DNA of 64,000 nucleotides from positions 109,776-173,775 of the forward strand of contig QZKY01000016.1 in assembly GCA_003605115.1 (NCBI GenBank). Reading direction: 5' to 3'. The position numbers and the translations under genes are program-made. The notes beneath the pieces are model-generated. The model made no database searches. It saw only the letters and a program-made list of their open reading frames with translations, and was not told the DNA's origin. The stretch comes from Oxalobacter sp. Its GTDB lineage: Bacteria; Pseudomonadota; Gammaproteobacteria; Burkholderiales; Burkholderiaceae_D. Below, one piece after another: positions 58,938 to 64,000 of the stretch. Numbering within the stretch: the stretch's first letter is position 1; every line of letters begins with the position of its first letter.

Positions 58938-59002
58938 TGGCGACTCCGGGCGATCGACGGGGTGCCTTGCGTTTTCGCATACACACATCAAAGGAGAAGA
59001 CA

Positions 59003-60703
59003 ATGAAAGCGATGAGGCAACATCCTGGTGTAATAAAAATAATGTTGTTGCTCATTTCATCAACCTTGATCGCGTGCGCCAGTCCGCAGGATCAGGTCGC
59101 CGAGGCGGCGCTCACCGGCGATGCGGCAGCGCTGGAGTCTCTGCTGGTGGAAGGAAAAAGCCAGATCAACACACCGGTCAGGATAGACACCAAAAAATTC
59201 CGTTGTTACGGACAGCGAATGCTGACGCCGCTCCAGGCCGCCGCCTGTGTGGGACGCGAGCAAAGCGTGACGCGGCTTATTCGGGCAAAAGCCAGCCTTG
59301 ACCTCCCCACGCCCAATGGACAAACGGCGTTGTCGCTCGCCGTCAGCAATGATCATGCGCGCGTTGCACAAGTTTTGCTGGAAGCAGGGGCGCGCCCGGA
59401 TCACCAGGATGCCTATGGCAACACTGCGCTTATGGCGGCGGTGAAAAAAGACAATCGCGAAATGGTCGACCTGCTGCTCAAGCATGGCGCATCGGTTGAT
59501 CTTAAAAATCGATCAGGCAATACCGCGCTGATGGTTTGCGCAGATGCGGCCATTGCGGCCAAGCTTGTCGGGCTGGGTGCAAGGCTTGACGAAGCGAATC
59601 AAAGCGGCGAAACGGCACTGCATGCGGCGGCTCAGGATGGGAATGTGGAAATGATCCAGTTTTTGCTGGAACGTGGCGCGCATCCCGGGTTAAAAGACAC
59701 CAAAGGCATGACGGCGCTGATGAAGGCGCGCGCCAAAGGGCGGGACGACGCGGTGGTGCCACTGGAGCGCGCCTCACGGAAATTGTTTGAACAAGCCTTG
59801 GCTGCAGCGGATAGCGCGGCACGACAAAAGAAATTCGACAAAGCCATGTTGCTTTACGCAGCGGCCTTGGAAAAAGCAGGCGATCTGGGCGGTGATACGG
59901 AGAAAAAACTTCGTCTCAAAATCATTCACTATGCCAAAAGTGCTGGCCGTCATAAAGCCTTGCCGGAAAAGGCACGCGAACATATGGTGCGCAGTTCGTA
60001 CATGTTGAAGCAGGGCTCAGACATTCCCGGCGTTGAGCGGGAAATGCGCGAAGTGGTGCGCATCGCGCCATGGTGGGTAGAAGGATATTACAACCTTGGC
60101 TTTGTGCAGGCAAGCTTGAACATGTTCGACGAAGCGATCAGTAATTTGAAAATTTTCATCGATGCCTCGCCGCGTGATGCGAAAGCACAAACGGCGCAAA
60201 ACAAAATTTATGAAATCAAGCTCACCAAGGAAGAACATGACAGGGTCGCGGGCATGCAGGGACAATGGGTGGATGCTTCGGGAAACCGCTATCAGCTTAC
60301 CGTCAGTGGAAGCCAAATTGCTGTGATGGGCAGCGGAAAATTCTTCAAGCTGAAAAATACAAATCGCATGCTGGATGGATCGGTGGAAGGGCAATCGTAC
60401 AGGGGCTCTTATGGCTGTCAGGTGCCAGGACAGGTGCATCCGGTGCAGGGAACCATTGACGCGAATGCACAGCACATGACGCTGGAATACATGTGGACGC
60501 GCTACGAAACCCGATACCATTGCGTAAACATGATGGGAGTCCGGTCAACATGTTGCCTGCTCTGCGACAAAGTGTGCGATTCCGTCAATATTGTGGGCAC
60601 GAGTTCTGTCACGCTGCATTTGACGCGTGGCGCTGCCACGAGTACGTCAACGAATACGCCGACGAGTAGACCCATGATGCGCCGAGGTAGGACGGTGCCA
60701 TGA
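59003..60703 (+). CDS. ankyrin-repeat / TPR-like lipoprotein with Cys-rich beta C-terminal domain
   Basis: AAGGAG RBS. Lipoprotein signal MKAMRQHPGVIKIMLLLISSTLIAC. About 5 ANK repeats (e.g. GNTALMAAVKKDNREMVDLLLKHGASVD, GETALHAAAQDGNVEMIQFLLERGAHP), a TPR-like helical segment, and a C-terminal domain with 7 Cys. Confidence 0.75.
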   Translation: MKAMRQHPGVIKIMLLLISSTLIACASPQDQVAEAALTGDAAALESLLVEGKSQINTPVRIDTKKFRCYGQRMLTPLQAAACVGREQSVTRLIRAKASLDLPTPNGQTALSLAVSNDHARVAQVLLEAGARPDHQDAYGNTALMAAVKKDNREMVDLLLKHGASVDLKNRSGNTALMVCADAAIAAKLVGLGARLDEANQSGETALHAAAQDGNVEMIQFLLERGAHPGLKDTKGMTALMKARAKGRDDAVVPLERASRKLFEQALAAADSAARQKKFDKAMLLYAAALEKAGDLGGDTEKKLRLKIIHYAKSAGRHKALPEKAREHMVRSSYMLKQGSDIPGVEREMREVVRIAPWWVEGYYNLGFVQASLNMFDEAISNLKIFIDASPRDAKAQTAQNKIYEIKLTKEEHDRVAGMQGQWVDASGNRYQLTVSGSQIAVMGSGKFFKLKNTNRMLDGSVEGQSYRGSYGCQVPGQVHPVQGTIDANAQHMTLEYMWTRYETRYHCVNMMGVRSTCCLLCDKVCDSVNIVGTSSVTLHLTRGAATSTSTNTPTSRPMMRRGRTVP

Positions 60704-61722
60704 AAAAAACCATACCCACGAAAAGCGGAGGGCTGTCTGCATCGTGCTTTGCCGTGATGTGTATTTGCTTGTCCCTTTCCTTTGATGCGCAAGCACAAAG
60801 GGCGCAGATCAACTGTGAAGGCACGATTGCATCCTGGCAGAGCGACATTCGTATGCGGGACTACATGCGCACACATGATTGCGATTGCCGAAACGGGCAT
60901 AACAGTTCACCTGTCTGCACCAGACGATCCACGGGAAAAAGCCAGTCCAACCGTGCGCCAGCACCCACCTATAGTACAACCAGGAAAAAAAAGAGCACGT
61001 CCTTGTCCACACAAAAAATGATGCTCAATGAAATGCAAAAAACCATCGACAATATGAATAAAGTCGACCCGCGCGTTGAGGCGCAACGACGCAAGGAAGC
61101 AGCAGAGAATGCGCGCCGTCTCGGTGAGGCGCATAAGGCAGATGAGCGGTCGGAAGAGGCGCGGAGACAACTCGCGCGGCACCGTCAGATGGCGACGCAG
61201 AAAGCCAGCGCGCAAGAACTCTCTCGGGAATTGCAAGGCTTGCCAACGACGCAGACTGCCCCCGGGTTGCTTGAAGCGCCTGCGGGTTCTAGCACGTCGC
61301 GCAATACAAATGCGGGCAGTCAATTAAGAAGCACGCTTTTTCATAGCGAGCGCGCAGCGCAATCCGGTTCCCTGGAAGACGCGAGAGGAGAAGCCGGGAT
61401 GGGGTTTGATACGCCGGGAAAAAATGTGGGACGACTCAAGCCGATTCAAAAACCAGCCAATAGTGAAAATATCTCGCCTGAAAAGATGACCCCAAAGGTC
61501 AAGCAGTGGGTTCAGGATAGAGAGTCCAACAGGAATAAAAAGAAAGAATTGGAAGAGAAGCTGGAGAAGCTCAAGTCAAAACCAAAACTTGAGCCAAATG
61601 AAACCGTGGAAGTGGTGAAGTTGCAGCAAGAAATTTCGACAGCGCAAAACAAGGAAAATTATTACAATTTTTCGATCAATGAGGAATTGTCCAAGCCGGC
61701 AACGACCGGGAAAAACGAGTAA
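60700..61722 (+). CDS. secreted hypothetical protein, 4-Cys N-domain plus charged coiled-coil/low-complexity region
   Basis: ATGA overlap with the upstream stop. Signal peptide ...CLSLSFDAQA/QR. There are K/E/R-rich helical stretches and no recognisable family. Confidence 0.55.
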   Translation: MKKTIPTKSGGLSASCFAVMCICLSLSFDAQAQRAQINCEGTIASWQSDIRMRDYMRTHDCDCRNGHNSSPVCTRRSTGKSQSNRAPAPTYSTTRKKKSTSLSTQKMMLNEMQKTIDNMNKVDPRVEAQRRKEAAENARRLGEAHKADERSEEARRQLARHRQMATQKASAQELSRELQGLPTTQTAPGLLEAPAGSSTSRNTNAGSQLRSTLFHSERAAQSGSLEDARGEAGMGFDTPGKNVGRLKPIQKPANSENISPEKMTPKVKQWVQDRESNRNKKKELEEKLEKLKSKPKLEPNETVEVVKLQQEISTAQNKENYYNFSINEELSKPATTGKNE

Positions 61723-61728
61723 GCAGAA

Positions 61729-62769
61729 ATGAGCAAACGATTCGATATGAAAAAAATGATGGTGGCGGCGTGGCGGCTGTTTTTGTTGGGGTTGATTCTG
61801 GCAAGCCCCATCGCAGGCTATGCACAAGAAGAGAATCCAGAAAGGCAGCTTGAACGACGGCGTGTGCGCATCGAAGCGGATCGCAGGGCGCTGAACGCCG
61901 ATTGCAGCCATACGCCAGCCAGTGATGTGGCGAAAATGAGCGATTGCAAGGCAAGGCATGATGACATCATGCGTCGGATTGCCGAGTACAAGGCAGATCT
62001 GGACAAGCTGAAATCAAGAGAAAAAGCAGAAAAGTGCCGAGAACTCTCAGAAAAAATCGCGCGTTTTGAGAGGGGCTTGCGGCGTATTGCGGACGTGATG
62101 GAGAAAAACGACCGGTTCCTCAAGGACGCGCAAGAGAGCAAAAACCAGGCAAAGACCGACATGGCTGGCTTGGCAGGGGAATTGGCAGGCGCAAAGGCGG
62201 CTGAACTTTTGCAAAACAGATTGAACGCTTTTTTGAAAGCGAAAGAAAACTTGCAAGCCATGAAGAAGGGTTTGGATGAAGCAGAAAAACTTCTCGCGCT
62301 TAAAAAAAATAGTCGCAAGCTGACAAAAAAGCAGATTACCCAGGCCAGAAAGTGGCTCAACAATGGAATGAAATACGGTGAGGAAGTGGCCGATCTTGCT
62401 GCGATGGGCGTGCAATACTATAAAGCGCCGGGAAGCGGTGCATCACCTTCTGCCGCTTATTCTGAAAAGCTGATGCGTGCGCTCAAGAATTTTAATCAGC
62501 ATTTCATGAACGACGCCGGTGGATGGGAGTTTGCCGGTGAGCACCTTTCAGAATATGTTGGCGGTCCGCTAGGCAAACTAGCATTCAAAACGACTGTGGT
62601 GGGCATCAAGACGCAGGTTGCAACCGCCAGTTATCTCATCAGCGATGCTGAAATGGGTGAGTTGAATTACAACCAGGGGAAAATGCGTGTAGAGCAACTC
62701 AAGCTTGAGCGCAGGATCAACGATCTTAAAAGCACCCACTCCGCCAATCAGTGTAATCGCTATCAGTAA
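61729..62769 (+). CDS. secreted hypothetical coiled-coil protein
   Basis: It begins 6 nt after the upstream stop. Signal peptide MKKMMVAAWRLFLLGLILASPIAGYA/QE, long heptad-like K/E/A/L helices, and no recognisable family. Confidence 0.55.
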   Translation: MSKRFDMKKMMVAAWRLFLLGLILASPIAGYAQEENPERQLERRRVRIEADRRALNADCSHTPASDVAKMSDCKARHDDIMRRIAEYKADLDKLKSREKAEKCRELSEKIARFERGLRRIADVMEKNDRFLKDAQESKNQAKTDMAGLAGELAGAKAAELLQNRLNAFLKAKENLQAMKKGLDEAEKLLALKKNSRKLTKKQITQARKWLNNGMKYGEEVADLAAMGVQYYKAPGSGASPSAAYSEKLMRALKNFNQHFMNDAGGWEFAGEHLSEYVGGPLGKLAFKTTVVGIKTQVATASYLISDAEMGELNYNQGKMRVEQLKLERRINDLKSTHSANQCNRYQ

Positions 62770-63087
62770 TTACTGCGGGCGATTCGTCAAAAATCACAGG
62801 GTAAGTTTGTCACAGCTTGTCGGCACGCAATCTTGCGTGTCAGCAAGGCGAAAGATACATGCCTGGAAAAAACGCGTCCGCTAAGCGAGATCCATTTGAG
62901 GTATGTCAGATTGGCGAGCGGCGATCCTGCATATAAATAAAGCGGAGCGAAGCCATTTTTCTTGCCATCGGGGGAAGCCCAAAAGGTATTACCTCGACGA
63001 AGTGAATTGGATTTTTAAGATATCACTAACTTACACGCAGGGGTACATATGTTCTCTAAACATGCCGAAAGCCAAGGACGAAGGAGA

Positions 63088-63642
63088 ATGCTTATGATGC
63101 TGCCATTGCAAATCACGACCCATGATGTCCCTTGCACGGATTTTCTGAAGCAGTATATTCAAGGCAGATTCGACAAGCTTCAGCAGTTTTGCTCCAGCCT
63201 GGTCAGCTGCCGGGTGGATATTGACATGCCGCACATGCACAAGTATTCAGGGCGACTCATCAATGTGAGTGTGAGCATGCTTGTGCCGGAAGGCACAATG
63301 ACGGTTAATCGCCATGCGAGCGACGATGTTTATGCTGCGGTTCGGGATGCCTTTGAGGCGGCAAGCGACAGACTAGAGGATCGCTTGCGGCAAAAGGAAA
63401 GTCTGGGGAAATCAAATGATGATCTGATGCAAGGACGCGTTGGCCGCATATTTGAATATGACGGGTATGGGTTTATCGAAACCCAGGATGGGCGTGAGTA
63501 TTTTTTCTCGCGGGACAGCGTTACCGATTCCGGCGGTTTCAGCAAAATTAAACGTGGCACGGAAGTGCAATTTCTTGATGGCGCCGGGGTTGACGGATTT
63601 CAGGCGCGTCGCGTCAGTTCAAGCACAGTTCATGCAATGTGA
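63088..63642 (+). CDS. HPF/RaiA-type ribosome-associated factor fused to a cold-shock (CSD/OB) domain
   Basis: AAGGAG RBS before ATG 63088. The N-terminus is HPF-like (LQITTHDVPCTDFLKQYIQGRFDKLQQF...DVYAAVRDAFEAASDRLE). The C-terminus is CSD-like (GRVGRIFEYDGYGFIETQDGREYFFSRDSV...GTEVQF). Confidence 0.7.
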   Translation: MLMMLPLQITTHDVPCTDFLKQYIQGRFDKLQQFCSSLVSCRVDIDMPHMHKYSGRLINVSVSMLVPEGTMTVNRHASDDVYAAVRDAFEAASDRLEDRLRQKESLGKSNDDLMQGRVGRIFEYDGYGFIETQDGREYFFSRDSVTDSGGFSKIKRGTEVQFLDGAGVDGFQARRVSSSTVHAM

Positions 63643-63685
63643 TGGCGCTGCGTTGTATGGTGAGTGGGCATCGACATGTTCGGGT

Positions 63686-63717
63686 GCACCATGCCCGCTG
63701 TGACGCAGGCATGGTGC
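63686..63717. terminator. 10-bp perfect stem-loop between convergent genes (possible terminator, no clear T-run)
   Basis: GCACCATGCC-N12-GGCATGGTGC. Confidence 0.3.
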
Positions 63718-63756
63718 GCGGTATAGAGCACACCGCTTGAAGGCGCTCTTCCCGTA

Positions 63757-64000
63757 TTAAAATTGTTCCCATTCCTCGCCTTGCGCCCCAGCCAAGGCTA
63801 TTGCAGGTCGACGCGGGGTTTCAAATGTCGCAGCGGTAACTTTTTCAGCAGTGCGGATGCTTGTCGATTTTTCGGGCAAGGATTTTGTGGAAGGTGCAGG
63901 AACCGTTGGCGCAGAGAGGCTTACCGCGTCGCCCGTATGGAAACGACTCACCACTTGCACAAGGCTGTTGGCCTGATTTTGCAATGATTCCGCTGCGGCG
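63757..64000 (-). CDS. methyl-accepting chemotaxis protein, C-terminal fragment (5' end outside window)
   Basis: The frame is open to the window edge. ...AAESLQNQANSLVQVVSRF is the end of the MCP signalling domain. A flexible linker follows, ending in EEWEQF, an NWETF-like pentapeptide. Confidence 0.75.
   Translation of the reverse strand, partial: AAAESLQNQANSLVQVVSRFHTGDAVSLSAPTVPAPSTKSLPEKSTSIRTAEKVTAATFETPRRPAIALAGAQGEEWEQF

Noticed and set aside
58937-59002. Upstream start (TGATG overlap with the cyclase stop) for the ankyrin lipoprotein
   Set aside because: ATG 59003 has an AAGGAG SD and places the lipoprotein signal peptide at the N-terminus. The upstream start would bury it behind 22 extra residues. 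It remains a possible coupling mechanism but is not the preferred model.
62821-62836. Sigma-54-like element CGGCACGCAATCTTGC upstream of the HPF-CSD gene
   Set aside because: The GG-N11-GC spacing is off by one. The string is better explained as part of a perfect palindrome.
62903-63097. 64-aa ORF upstream of and overlapping the HPF-CSD start
   Set aside because: It has no SD and an odd composition, and it overlaps the RBS and start of a well-supported gene.

Overview
This is a chromosomal segment from a betaproteobacterium with mid-50s %GC. Gene order and protein signatures look Burkholderiales/Oxalobacteraceae-like, but that is inference only. There are no rRNA genes, CRISPR arrays, transposases or prophage genes.

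Layout:
(1) 0-13.9 kb is housekeeping: a recN 3' fragment, hemH, the grpE-dnaK-dnaJ heat-shock cluster with a near-consensus sigma-32 promoter, a membrane diguanylate cyclase, panB, the hda-HAD-pcnB-folK operon, a PerM-type permease and purM.
(2) 13.9-15.5 kb is a repeat-rich intergenic hot spot. An AT-rich Mrr-type restriction endonuclease gene sits exactly between two ~230-bp arms that are inverted repeats of each other.
(3) 15.5-33.8 kb is a formate / molybdenum-tungsten block. It holds a gamma-carbonic anhydrase, a GltD-like FeS flavoprotein, two tandem HydN-like ferredoxins, a Cys-type (non-selenocysteine) FdhF, an aldehyde dehydrogenase, tupABC plus a ModE-HTH/PBP-type regulator, modABC plus modE, fdhD, a nitroreductase, moaA and tRNA-Arg(CCG).
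(4) 33.9-46.3 kb is housekeeping again (amiC, tsaE, queG, ogt, xerD, plsY, glnS, gst), interspersed with small secreted proteins, an EEP nuclease/phosphatase, an orphan NarL-type response regulator and an HDOD protein.
(5) 46.6-64 kb is signalling-rich and accessory-looking. It holds a PAS-GAF-GGDEF-EAL protein and a soluble 867-aa protein made of two tandem sensor modules fused to a CheW domain. It also holds a low-GC orphan, ETF-QO, a thioesterase, a nitroreductase-like lipoprotein and a DSD1-type PLP enzyme. Then comes a Cache-PAS-GGDEF cyclase tightly coupled to an ankyrin/TPR lipoprotein and two secreted coiled-coil proteins, followed by an HPF-cold-shock-domain fusion and the 3' end of an MCP.

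A ~60-bp palindromic REP-like family (core GGGTCAGAGTCAAAT...ATTTGACTGCTGACCCC) occupies at least nine intergenic sites. A second GC-rich REP type occurs three times.

The most unusual items are the inverted-repeat-bounded mrr cassette, the double-sensor-CheW fusion, and the cyclase/ankyrin/coiled-coil envelope operon.
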